A stretch of DNA of 62,675 nucleotides, filler included, from Choristocarpus tenellus KU-1152 (taxonomy: Eukaryota; Protista; Phaeophyceae): the NCBI GenBank assembly GCA_964200185.2. It is 9 parts of 9 records of this genome, joined end to end, with 100 filler letters (N's around TTAATTAATTAA, not from the genome) between each part and the next. Parts side by side here need not be neighbours in the genome. Positions count along the whole stretch, not along the records: positions 32,921 to 39,798 come from CAXNAD020007154.1; positions 39,899 to 44,618 come from CAXNAD020013348.1; positions 44,719 to 48,920 come from CAXNAD020015722.1; 6 more parts are not named here. One strand, 5' to 3'. Shown here in pieces: positions 33,113-45,626 of the stretch. Positions within the stretch are counted from its first letter, which is position 1; each line of letters begins with the position of its first letter. The position numbers and the translations under genes are program-made. Below the pieces are notes generated by a model, which ran no database searches, was not told the origin of the DNA, and was given only the letters and a program-made list of their open reading frames with translations.

Positions 33113-36100
33113 CTTAATACAGTATGTTGCCTGGCTGGCAAAAGCCTCATTCAGCTCATACACATCCACCTGCTCCAGGGCCAACCCCGCCCTTGCCACA
33201 GCAGCAGGGATGGCCACTGCAGGGCCAATTCCCATTACTGAAGGAGGCACACCAACAACAGCAAAGGACCGCAACACACCTAGCATTGCAAGTCCGAGCT
33301 CCATTGCCCTAGCACGTGTAGTAACTAGACATGCTGCAGCGCCATCACTCACCTTCAGCGGGGCAGGGGCAAGCAGGATAATAGGGACAGGCAAGGTACA
33401 AACAAGAGAGGTAATATGACCTTGGTACTCTCCAAGAATTTATTTCAGCAAGGGGAATATGAGGAAGATGGAGGAGGCAAACAACAGAGGGGTCTTTATC
33501 GTAATTTCAAGCTAGTATTTCATGCTAAGAGTCTCATTCCTTACAGCATTCAGTGAGCTTTGCCCTACAAAAAAAAACTTTTTTGATTTTTGACGTTGAG
33601 AAGATGATCGTGCTCACCGCTTGGGTTAGTTTCAGATTCTGAGGGACAAACAATTTTGCTTGAAATAATTTTCTCTTTTTTAAAGACGACCTGGATCAGC
33701 TACCCAGACAGTGTGCTCCAACAGCGGCAATGTTTCCGACACCCTCCTGTCCACAGGCTCTTGAATAGTGTGATACTTTGTAAAAATGCGCCACAGAACA
33801 CACCATTAAAAACATTCGCAAGGTGTTCTAGAACATCATACAGTACTTCCACCCATCAAGAACGGATTCAGGTAGGGCAAACAATCATTGAAGAAGGCGA
33901 GGCAATGAATACACACAATGGAGCTACCTAATCCAACCAAACTCACACGGACTGCTCTCGTATCACCTGGCTAGAGTTCCCAGCAGTTGTGGTGCCCCCC
34001 TCCTTGAACACTGCCTTCAGGCCTCCCAACTTCGCAGTAGTCGTCCCGGCCCTCACCCCCTCATCCTGTGACACCAACACTTCCTTCCAGGTTCCATCCT
34101 TGTCCTTTACCGATGTCTGTGTCAGGGAAATGGAGTTCACCGCAGTGAGAAAGGCGTTGCAAATTAGAGCTGTTGCTGATCCCAGCTGAACACTACATGA
34201 ACACAAAATTTGTTCCAAACGGAAAGCATCTTCCAGACACATCAGGAGCACTCTGAAAAACGATGGAATTTCGGGTTCAAAGCAAGGATACACTCGACTC
34301 CTATAGCGGCGAACAACGAAATCGTCCTCGATGGTGAGTCAAAGCATCAACAGCACAACATGTCAAGAGAGAACTGGTCTATAGTTCCGAAATGAAGTGA
34401 GGAGCCTTCTTGTGTCAGGACCACTTTGTGACAATGCTCTCAAGCAATTGAAGTGCCCTAAATTCATTGGCAAACCTTGTAGACAAGGGAGGGATGTAAA
34501 AAGGAGTAGTACACGTGGAGAGTGACAAATAAGGAGCAAAAACATTGCATCCTGTTGTAATCCACTTGCACATAGCATATACTATCAAATATAATCTGAA
34601 GTAGTTGCATAATCTGTCATCTTCTGGGAGACCTAGAAACAATCAATTGGGTATTTGAAGGCCCTGGCTCGTGTGTTGTAGTTGAATCATGAGAGGCTCC
34701 CACAATTCTAGAACATTTTTTTACTTCTCCACAATCCATTAATAAATGTCCCACCTCAAGACTCGACCCAAACCCCCTACAAAACACACAGAACTAGCAA
34801 CATCAGTAGCGCACAAGCCCTGACCCTCATCATGGACCAAATCTTAACACTTCGTACATCCTTCAGATGTTCAGTATCTATTGACAAAACAGATGAAACA
34901 AAAACAGGAGGTGAAATACACATTCCGCAATGACACACACATACCTACCCCCACAATTCCTCACAAACCCTCACAAGCAGCAATCCTACCTAGGAAACCT
35001 GACGCAGCCACAACTACTAGTACCGTAAAAAGGGGTACGGTCATGCTGCACGATTCAGGTAGTGAAAAAGCACTTGTGTTCTCAACACAGAGCTCTAGTG
35101 GCTGAGCTACCAACACACCCTACAACCTCCTGTTCAGCTCTGAATCGGCATACACCAGTTCTATATTTCGACATTCGCAAGTTCACTTCCCTCCTAGACC
35201 TTCCAGTCACAACCTCCTCTTCCCACCTGCACAGTTACAATCTCTGCATCAAACAGGCCCAGGTCCTGTGCTCGCTTCGCCCTTGCATGGCTCTCAGCGG
35301 AAAAGTTGTCCTGCTCGTCACGACCAATGCCAAACTTCATCGCAACATTCTCGCTTGTCAAACCCATCGGGATCAGGACATCTGCAGCATCTCTGTCTCG
35401 CTTAATGAACGGCATATCTACTGCTGGGAGTGGTCCCTTCATATCATTCAACGACATGGACTCCACACCTAAGTCAGGGGTCAATATTGTATTGAAAAAG
35501 GAATCTCGGCATAGGTGCTGAGTGAAAGGAGGGAGTTGGGTTGAGGCTGATCAGGTTGCAGGATCTGGGGGTGGTGAACACGCGTATATTGAACGGTGTG
35601 ACCCCTACATATTGTCTCTGGCAAAGTAAGGTCCTCTTGGGGATAAAGGAATTCGAGATACTGCATATACTCAACCTAGTCGTAGGAACACATGAAGGGT
35701 TCTTGGGAGTTCCAAGGAACACTTCTGCATTCACTTTCTCGAGGCATTCATGGTCAACCAAGATACTAATGGCAAAATTCCTTTGATATTTGGAGATCAA
35801 GGCAGAGAGGAAAATTGGGGAATTGAGGATGCCTTTTCTACTTCTGATCTGGGCACTCTCTTACTCCTCACCAGCCGCAATCCCCAACAAGTAGTGTCCA
35901 GCCCTGATGTTCGATGCCACGTTTGTAATTGCCTGCAGACCACTGGAGCACTGTCGATTCACAGTACTCAGTGGAACTGTATGTGGTATTCCCGCCCTAA
36001 CCTGCGCCACGCGACTAGAGAGGGCGCCCGATCCCATTTGTAGTACATTGCCCACACAGATCTGGCAAGAAATGAAATATGTGAATACCGAGAAATGAGT

Positions 36101-36846
36101 ATATTGAGCGGCAGCATAGTACTATACGCGGTCTGCACTTACGGGAAAACAACCAAAATACAGAAGCTTGGTCGAAAAAAGCTTAACCGCAGAAGCCCTC
36201 GCCTCATTTGAGGCTCCTGGCATCACAAAGGACACCTTCCATCATTGGTATGTTTATGAGTGCAAATATTCCGCCAAGAATACCAATAGTTGAAACGCTC
36301 TCGAAGAAGGGGAGGACTAACCTCCCCTATGTCCTCGTGCCTTACTCCTGTCCGAGCCACAAGGGCTTTCAACACCTCCGCTAAGAGTACGTCAGGCGTT
36401 GTGTCCTTGAAGGCGCCCTTCACAACATAAGCATTGGCAGCACATTCCCGGGCAAAATAGGGGGTCAAGGAAGCTGTTTGTATGCGGAAAATGGTCCCAA
36501 GGAGAGATGGAGTGAGGAGGTGGTATTGGTCAGATGTGCATTCCGTTCTGTAAGGCACCTATCTACCAGACCATAAGCTCGCTCGCAAAAGGTCTCACTG
36601 TCACTTGTCAGGCCACTCCCTCCAATACATATTTCCCAAGAAAATTCTCAAATACAGATACGCTGAACTTGCCCTTTTCGCTTTGGTGATTGGAGTTCTT
36701 ATGGCATCGACGATGACAATATCGTCTGGGCTTGTTTGCGACCTGCTTGCTTCTGACGATAACTCCTCCGCAACTGCCGGTGAAGCAGCGAGGTGAGAGC
36801 CAAGAAGATGTAGCCTCCGAGAGGCATCAGTTGCGGAGGAATCCAT
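33113..36846 (-). CDS. Peroxisomal 3-ketoacyl-CoA thiolase, 3'-partial; exons 36846-36673, 36417-36322, 36061-35872, 35468-35227, 34116-33967, 33352-33113
   Basis: PTS2 nonapeptide RLHLLGSHL; [15 protein letters not shown]; catalytic [10 protein letters not shown]; GVESMS; [14 protein letters not shown]; ELNEAFASQ. The first intron has a GC donor. Confidence 0.96.
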
Positions 36847-36986
36847 CGCACCACGAGAGTCAGGTCGAGTTGCAGGGTTGAGGTTGAAATTTGATGTGAT
36901 TGAGGCAATTTGTTGTACGCACGTGAAATCGGCTGGTTAACATAAAATCCAAGGCTTAGACAGTGCAGGTTAGCTCCAAACGCAAA

Positions 36987-38561
36987 ATGGCACCTCTGAA
37001 ACAGGTTTTCGCTTGGCTTTTAGCCTTCCTGTTCTTGCTACCCCCCCTCCATGCTACCTCTTCCGCCCCTACCTGTTCCTCCACAAATGTCGTGCCGGGG
37101 TCTTGCACAGCTGCTGGGCCTGAGGAGGAGTCCCCAGTGCCCTTCACTGGCCTTCCTGGAACTGCAAGCGAGAGATCATTCTTCGTGAGCAAAATGGGGT
37201 TAAGGCCGCCGCTTGGGCAGTTTACGATACCATCTCTGATGGTTAATAGGTTCCACACTACTCGCAGGGTACCGAAATGTGCAGAGTTTGTGAAGCAATC
37301 GATGAATCCTCACCCAACCCTGAGTACTGAAGACGATCACCCTTGAGAAGTATTGGCGTCCACCTCTCCTCCATTACAGGCTATAAAGCCTGATGGAGTG
37401 CAAAGAGGTCTTGTGGGTGAGGTGCTTACACGCTTTGAGCGAAAAGGGTGGAAGCTCGTGGCCCTGAAATTGGTTGTCCCCAGCCGGACCTTGGTGGAGA
37501 ACCATTACGAGGAACACATGGGCAAGGTGCGTGGCACATCCCGCAGGAAGCATTGGCCTTTTACATATATCCAACTTCTGTGCAGCTGCGGTGAGACTCA
37601 GGAGACAGGTAGAAATTATCAACACGCAATAGTACAATCTCAGATGATGCGGATATCGATGAGCATGGGGTTGAGGAGTGAGGGGGTTTCGCATCCGAGC
37701 CTAAGCCCCCATCCTAGTATCTTGCCTGAACATCTGATCGTTCCCATTAACACTCTACCCCTCTCTTTCACCTTTCGCAGCCGTTTTTTGAGAACCTCGT
37801 GACTTACTTCTGCTCGGGCCCTGTTGTGGCTATGGTGTGGGAGGGTAACAACACTATTGCTGGCGGAAGGAAGGTGAACTTTTATCCTGCTCCTAATACT
37901 TGGTGATTGCTTCATCTCCAACAAAGAAATGTGCCCCCCTGCCCCCCTTCCACAAGCACCGTGCCTTGACTTTGTGCTCCCTAGGTAGTGCCGCCCAATA
38001 CCTTACCTTGCCTATATACATCCCTCATCCTAAAGCCCCTCCTACATCATTATCCATATTACATTGGATGCTTGACTCAATCCAGATGATTTTACTGCGT
38101 GCATTTCCTTCCAAATATGTAGATGCTAGGAGCAACGAATCCCTTGGATGCAGAAATCGGTACAATCCGTGGGGACTTTTGCACTTCAGCAGGTTTGCTC
38201 TCCAACTTCCATCAGTACAAGTAGCAGTGATGATTTCCTCTGCAATGCTGTGCTTCACTATGTCTTTGTGACAACCATGGCTTTGGAAACAACTTCCTCA
38301 AGAAATAAAACCGTAAGAAAAGAAATGAATTGCATATCTATGCAGGTTTGATCCTCCAAACCCTGTTGCAAGCTGGCACAAAGTACGATAAAACCTCTCA
38401 ACGACCCCCCTCACTCATCCCTGTTAATTGTAGGGAGAAATTTGGTTCATGCTTCAGATAGTCCACAGTCAGCACTACGGGAGATAGGCCTATGGTTCCG
38501 GGAAGAAGAGACTACCCATTGGACTCGATCCAATGATCCCTGGATCGTAAAGGGCAACTAA
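36987..38561 (+). CDS. NDK: Nucleoside diphosphate kinase with N-terminal signal peptide; exons 36987-37184, 37380-37526, 37781-37873, 38123-38192, 38434-38561
   Basis: [40 protein letters not shown], and active-site RNLVHASDS; hydrophobic N-terminus [17 protein letters not shown]. Confidence 0.95.
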
Positions 38562-39798
38562 TCTCTACTCCAACGATGCACTGCTCCTGAATTCCCCATC
38601 TTCCATTACCTGTCCTTGACTTGTTCTCCCTTTCCAATGCTGTGGGCACAGGACAGTTTAGTCCACAGTAAGCGACACAAACAATAAGAATGAAGGAAAC
38701 TGTTGAATGTGTGGATATTTATTGATGAGATTGGTGTCTTGTTTCCCTGGATAGATTTGGTTGAGCACCCTTGAACACCATTTTGAGTGCAACTGTACCT
38801 CAAGAGAATTATTCACTGGATGCCTCGTGCACTCTGTATTTCCCTTATACTTTGATATTATATGAGGTAAGAGGCATTCACTGGATATACTGGAGTCTCG
38901 ATTTTTGTTCAGGCTATTAGGTATGGGGCAAATACTGCATCCCTCACCAAAAGCCTTAGATTGCAAAATGGGCTGTCACAGCACTGGCAAGGCGCTAGTG
39001 GACAGTGTGATGGAACGGCAAATGGCCCACATTGCGTAAAGAAGTGGCATCCACTGTTGCAATATTACCTAAAAACCATGTGCCTTGTAGACTTTTTTCT
39101 GTGTAATATTCAAGTTCATTACACTTGCCAGAAGAAAATCCAATATTTCATCATAATGTGAAAATAGAGCCAAATATCTCATTTTTATTCTGCACTTTGA
39201 TCAGCAAAAAGCAACAAAATGGTGCTTCACCTTCAAAATCCCACTCGATATTTTTGCCTACCCCAACCAAATAGAGCATCTAATGAACAAGGTCAAACAT
39301 CTTCAAAAATGGAGACACCAAAACAGTGTGTGGTAGCTGTCTACCACAGTAGCCTCAGGTAGAAATGACCAACAATAGATGGACTCATGTTGCTAAACTT
39401 GATGCCCTACTCCACTACTCTAGATTGGGTATCCAATAAATGTGCAGATTGCCACAAAATGTAAACGCAACCACAACCAAAGGCTGCATAGTTTATGCAG
39501 TTAAACATGTGAAATAGTGCATGCACTGTATCATTCCACAGATTATAACACATTATGGTGCGTTGTCCTCTCCCAGGTATTGTTTCTGCCATGAGGTAAA
39601 CCATGAGACATTCTGCTGTAATCAATTGCTAGATTTCTGTCCATCATCACTACAGGCTAATCTACAGTAGGCTGAGGAGGAACCAATGAGAGCACACTTG
39701 AGAAATGTTTTCATATGGTAGGTGGTGTTCGATTAGACTCTTCCAACTCTATCGGACAGTTCCGGTAAAATATTTATGGAGTAATAGAACAATCAATT

Positions 39799-39898
39799 NN
39801 NNNNNNNNNNNNNNNNNNNNNNNNNNNNNNNNNNNNNNNNNNTTAATTAATTAANNNNNNNNNNNNNNNNNNNNNNNNNNNNNNNNNNNNNNNNNNNN
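39799..39898. other. Artificial contig spacer
   Basis: Same linker. Confidence 0.98.
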
Positions 39899-39949
39899 GT
39901 GTTCTTATGTTTAGGATATTTTATTTCTTTAGGGCTAATAATGTCATAT

Positions 39950-40097
39950 GTATTTTATTATTATGCCCTCTGACATTTTGCAGATGTGTCAGGGGGGAAA
40001 CCAATGAAAATCGTCATATGTCATATGTATAGTTTTCATTGGTTTTCCCCCTTACACATCTATCTGCAAAATGTCAGAGGGCATAATAATAAAATAC
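39950..40097. mobile_element. Palindromic MITE-like element; third partial arm at about 40141-40173
   Basis: Perfect 36-bp inverted repeat (39950-39985 vs 40062-40097) with an inner imperfect stem GGGGAAACCAATGAAAA/TTTTCATTGGTTTTCCCC. Confidence 0.8.
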
Positions 40098-40492
40098 AAA
40101 TTGTCATAAATATGAAAGACATTGATCTATTTATCGAATATTTATCATTATATCCTCTGACACTTTGCAGATGTATGCACCAAGGGAGGGCAGGCTACAA
40201 TAGCTTTTTACATAATAATGGTGGTCACTTCCAAACGACTTCTTCCGTCTAAAAAAACAATCTGAAATGTGTACAAGCTCCCTTGGAAGACTGTTCACTG
40301 AGAATCATTGTCGTTCATGATGCAACATGGCTCCAACCTAGCCATACGAAGGTGGGCGAAGACCAAGCGAAGAATCCCAGAGTCTGTAAGGCCGTTCCGT
40401 GCTCATCATAAATGTATCTCCAGCTTGAAACGCATTAATCTCCTCGAAAATAGCAACGAAAAAGGGGCCACCTGTCTGTGCAGTTAGTGGCG

Positions 40493-40518
40493 TATATATA
40501 TATATATATATATATATA
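40493..40518. repeat. (TA)n microsatellite
   Basis: Direct reading. Confidence 0.95.
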
Positions 40519-41970
40519 ACTGTGATTAACGTGAATCTCCACTTTATACTCACAATCCAAACTCGGCGGCCTTTGTCTTTCCTTTTTTCCTTACTACATT
40601 GCCATCAATCAAACCAAAAAATGAAAGATAATTTTGGGATTCATTGTTGTTTTTTGTTTAACTTGTGTGTTTCGCACATCGCCCACAAAGCTCAGCAATT
40701 CACACTACTCCATTCAAGCAAGAGTCTTTTTGTGTGTGTCTCAATTATAATCGAGGGTGGGTCTTAAGTCTTCGTTGAAGTTGTCCTGTCCATTTGAGAT
40801 TTATTTAGGTGATATCAAGACCCAACTAATAACCGTCGTCTTTATATATAGTGTGTAGGTAGGTTTTGTATCTTGTTAAACACTGAATATGTAGTTATTT
40901 ATATAAGACGAGGAATCTTGTGCAAAGGAAGACAAATTTTGATGCACCATGCGTTTACGCATCTCTCAACCTACACAGATCTCGCCCTGTTTTAGTTCTT
41001 TTTGGTTCTATTCCGATTCATTGGAGCCCAAGTGTGAGGGAAAAACACCTTGTCCTCAAGTACTGGGACGCGTTTTACTCATATTATCTAGGAGAAAACC
41101 TCAATACGCCACAAATACACGTATGCAGGAATCTCATGTATTTCGCGTCTTGGTTTCTATTCACACATATTTGGAGGCAGTAAAGAGTCAAAACGAGAGA
41201 GGCATTCCAGAAACAAAATATCCAAAATCTCTTCGTACCATTTTCTTTCACGCTTACTATTCCAGTATCCCTTCCATTATTCAAGTGGCTAAAGTCACGC
41301 TGAAGTCTCCAACCACCTCTCCCTAATGAGAAACAAAAACCCTACTGTCCATTATGGTGAAAAATTATAAGCCATGGGTGTTGATAGATTATTTTCACCT
41401 TTCCAATTTAGTAGGCGTATATCGTCTAAACCGAAAAAATTGCATCAAAAAACGAAAAGACTCATTAACACATCGAAAAATTTCCAGTCAATTTAAGTTA
41501 CAAATGACGCTGGTAGGTACATATTGCGATTTTCATTACCATGCCCCCAACTACACGACAGGCAGCAAGATGTGCGATCGCTTCACATTCCATCACCTTA
41601 TCCACATCCGTCACCTTGAGTTACTTCCACTTGTACCCAGCGCCACACACGGAAAGGCAAATATCCCTCGGTGAAATTTGTTTTGGTTTGCACTAACTGT
41701 CATCAGCGACTAGTGTTATCAGTCTAGAACTGCTTGCCCTTCTGTTTATATTCATTGTTCACTGTGATGAGGGGTCTCTCGAAGCACCAAAGAGTAGGAT
41801 TTGTGCGTAATGTCCCAACAGACCTACTGAACTACTTGTGTAACCTACATCCCGACACTCGAGAAGAGCAAAGTGAGGATGTCCTTCAAGGTCATTGTGG
41901 ACGTATGGGGATAATGACTTTTCTTCATTGGACCCCTTCCAACGCAAGGAAATGATTGATGGTAGCAGCT

Positions 41971-42222
41971 GAGTCTAAGTATCTTAGAGGGTAGAGCCGC
42001 GTCTAATTGGGGGCCAAAATACAATGTTGCGATTTTGATGTAATTTTGGCTATCATTTTTTTTAAGTGTCAATATCCTTGTTCCAGACACACCTTTTCAT
42101 AACGTATGCATTTTATTTACCGAAACATTTTGGAGTAGGAAAATGTCACAAAAAAAACATGGAAGCCAAGCCCCAAATGGACAAATGGGGCAAAACTTGT
42201 ACCCTCTAAGATACTTTCGCTC
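41971..42222 (+). mobile_element. MITE family A, copy 7
   Basis: TIRs present; AGCT/AGCT 4-bp duplication. Confidence 0.93.
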
Positions 42223-43004
42223 AGCTGGAGGATTAACACTCTAATCAACCCAACCAGAGGGACCGAGGTAGGAGCGTGGTTTGCACTCCATTTGTTGTGT
42301 TGCCATCTTCGCGCCTTTTTCTCACACGAACATGCGGCAAAGAGATTATCTTTCTGTATCTTTCGGGTGTTCCCTTATACAACTACCTCTTGTGTGCTTG
42401 ATCCCTACACCTCATGCTGCTATTATTTCTATTCGCTTTGTTAACAGAATTGAACGCATGTACAAATTATACATACTCTGAGGAAAATATTGTGGCAATC
42501 CCTTTCATTGAGCGATAATCCAGATGAAAACTCTTGTATCTCACTTGGAACAACCACAATAGGCTACTATTGACCTTTTTCCAAGATGGGGAACTGTGCC
42601 AGGGGGGAGAGTGGAGGGGAAACTCCGCCAGGTGCTAGGCAGTGTGCCCAACACCCCTTGAGGAGGGGCATTGTAAACCCGTGGAGAACAGATACAGGAG
42701 AGATGTGTACCTCTCTGTGCAAATGGTGATGGCTGAGCTAAATGTACATAATGTGTTGCTGTGGGTCTTTGTGCGTGACTTTGACCTCAAAAATGGCCAA
42801 GAGAGGATTCACAACTAGCAATGAAGACTTCAAAGCCCAGGGTCCTGCCGGACAGCATAAACACAAATCACATTCCATTCTGGGCCAACCTCCCCGCCAT
42901 GTTATTGAAATATTGTTGGGCTACGGGGAAAAGGGATGGAAAAACTGTCAGAAGATAATTGCAAATGTCCACTTCACATCTATCATACCTACCATTCTTA
43001 TTTA

Positions 43005-43296
43005 GAGTGAAAGTATCTTAGAGGGTACGAATTTTGTCCTGTTTGTCCATGTGTGGCTTGGCTTCCCATGGGTTTTTATTGACATTTTTTATCTACTCCA
43101 AAATGTTTTGGAGTAGGTAAAATGTATATATCATGAAAAGGAGTGTCCAGACAAGGATATTGAAATCTCCTAACAACTATATAGTCAAAATTACATCAAA
43201 ATTACATCAAAATTATATCAAAATTACATCAAAATTGCATCATCGGATTTTGGTCCCCAAATGGACGCGACAGTACCCTCTAAGATACTTTGACTC
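43005..43296 (-). mobile_element. MITE family A, copy 8, with internal 11-bp tandem expansion
   Basis: TIRs present; TTTA/TTTA 4-bp duplication; TCAAAATTACA repeated about 5 times at about 43185-43239. Confidence 0.93.
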
Positions 43297-43660
43297 TTTA
43301 TGGCATCGCCCAGGTAAGGATGTTACTATTCTGTTGCCTAGCTTCCGTTCGGGTTCCTGTTCCCATCAAGAACATGTGGATTCACTGCAGAATTTAAGGT
43401 GCTGATGGGCGCTTAGAGATCTTCTTTCTGTTTCTCCCTTCGTTTTGTAGGTCATTTGAGCATCCCCATCCCTCAGTTGTTGAAAGTACAGTTGTCCCCT
43501 AGTAGGAACCTCCAGGTTCGAACCCATTCAACGACAGATTTCTTTTTAGGGAAATTATACTGGCGATATGTCTTCATGCCGGTTTTTCCCTAACCTTATC
43601 CTTAACCCTAACCATCCAAGGATGTCTTCCGGAAGAAATTTCACACTATTGTGCAGCACT

Positions 43661-43798
43661 AGGGAACCACCACCCCTTATGGATCCACCATTGCCATCAT
43701 GATTTATTAACTCTTTCACACGCATTTTCGAAAACCCTGACCCTAACCTGCGCGTGAAAAAGTGACAAAGTGAAAATTGATTTTAGTGGTGGCTCCCC
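43661..43798. mobile_element. Short TIR element (family C) with CCCTAA core
   Basis: TIR AGGGAACCACCAC / GTGGTGGCTCCCC (11/13 match); ACT/ACT 3-bp duplication; inner stem TTTCACACGCA/TGCGCGTGAAA around AACCCTGACCCTAACC. Confidence 0.65.
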
Positions 43799-44522
43799 AC
43801 TGTACATCAGTGTTGACCCTCCAAATACCAGCCCTTTGCTGACTTGCACAGATCAGTGGCCAATGCGGCTTGTAATCTCGCTCACATGCATGCTCTTCTC
43901 CTCCAAGGTTGTAGATGAATCCAAGTTCTAGACTTGTCATACTTACAATTTGTTGACATACCATGCCAATGGCTAATGTGACTTAACCCCCTTCTGTGAT
44001 TGACGAGATCTAGTAGCCCACATGCTGCTTCTTCTTGCTGAATGTATGGGGCTTAGAATAGTTTTGTTGCCAACCCATGCCTTAGAGTGGAAAGAGCATG
44101 CTGCAGTAGATCATAACAAAAATTTGAAGGGTATCGAGCTTGTCAGGGTAGCAACACTAGTTGAGTAAAGATTAGAGTATAGCAGATCGAACATTGCCTT
44201 CACCCAACTTGAGATTCCATCTCCATTACCAAGAATTTTATTGGTCACAGAAAGAAGCATTAACCAAGGAGGTAACCTACATGATTATGACAGCCTCAGC
44301 CAATGCAATACTTGACTGCATCAAGCATTCCACTCATTTGAGCAGAGTGAATTAACATGTACTATGAGTACTATGTAGCAAAGCGGAAAGCAATAGCGCT
44401 AGTTTCAATGCAAAACAATTAAAGCAATAGGAAATCGCTTTGGCCCATATAGACCAAATTGGGGAGGGCCTTTCATCAGACCATTTTGATGGGGAGGCCT
44501 TTGGTCTGGCCATGTTGAAACA

Positions 44523-44618
44523 GGCTCAACATATCTGGGGGGGGGGGGTTGACTGTCTATTGGGGTCAATTTTTTCATGTCGCGATTTTTGGGTGATTTC
44601 GTTGCATACGTCGGATGG
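44523..44618. mobile_element. MITE family B left part (truncated by contig end)
   Basis: GGCTCAACATATCT-poly(G)...ATGTCGCGATTTTTGGGTGATTT. Confidence 0.85.
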
Positions 44619-44718
44619 NNNNNNNNNNNNNNNNNNNNNNNNNNNNNNNNNNNNNNNNNNNNTTAATTAATTAANNNNNNNNNNNNNNNNNNNNNNNNNN
44701 NNNNNNNNNNNNNNNNNN
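44619..44718. other. Artificial contig spacer
   Basis: Same linker. Confidence 0.98.
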
Positions 44719-44761
44719 GTGAAAAACGGACGCCGACACCCCCCCACAGATACTTTGACCC
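44719..44761. mobile_element. Family B-type terminus at contig start
   Basis: CCCCCCCACAGATACTTTGACCC. Confidence 0.65.
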
Positions 44762-45626
44762 AATTGCATGTGAATACTAAACAAAATATAGGAAAACTGT
44801 CCTCCCTTCAGTAGTTTATATTGTCAATGTGGAAGACTGATTATGAGTTTTTTCCTCATCTCATCACTAGGATTGAATAATGAGCAACCGACTGTAGGAG
44901 AGCAAAATTGCAGCAGTGGGAGGAAATATGCATTACCACATTTCTTTGTGTTGGTCATCACCTTGCCTTCACAGAAAGACAGAAATATCATGATATTGCC
45001 TGACAAAACAAATTTGGTGAAGCATTATTCATCAACATAACTGATTAGCTAGAGAATAGAGTTGATTTACCACGAGGATATATTGCTCTCTGAGCTTACC
45101 ATATATGTGGAGTGCCGATTCTTTGCCAGTTCCCTTAGGTATATGGAAACAACAGTGCAGCCACACACAGGCAGCTAACTGCATGTTTTAAGAACATTTT
45201 GAACTACCCAGATCTTTTCCTCTTGTAGAAGTTAAATCTCCCCTCGACTTGTTGAGGGAGGTGAACATTCACACGCCCACTCCCTCTTCAATATTATGAT
45301 GCATACACGGAGATTGTGTCTCATGTAGTGGGTAGGTAACAATAGTGAAGTTGGAAGATACGACGAGCAGTGTTGAGGAGGATGGACCTCAGTCGTCAAA
45401 CGAACTTTTTTTTACTATAAACAACGATGACCCAATTGATTGGATACATTCAATTTGATTTTTTTTTTCAACAATTCATTCCCGTTCAGTGAATAAAAAC
45501 CCTGTTAAACAATGACAGCAAGGGTTGCCTGGCCGCAGATCAAAATTAAGATGACGTAATGCTTTATGGATTGGAAGTTATGCACTACACTTGCAACGCT
45601 CAAGACTCAGCACTTGTTTTACTCAC

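Noticed and set aside
31713-38561. PPTase + thiolase + NDK as a metabolic gene cluster
   Set aside because: PPTase and thiolase are on different contigs separated by an artificial spacer.
43470-43530. GGTTCGAACCC B-box suggesting a tRNA gene
   Set aside because: No cloverleaf stems can be formed; at most a decayed tRNA-derived SINE.
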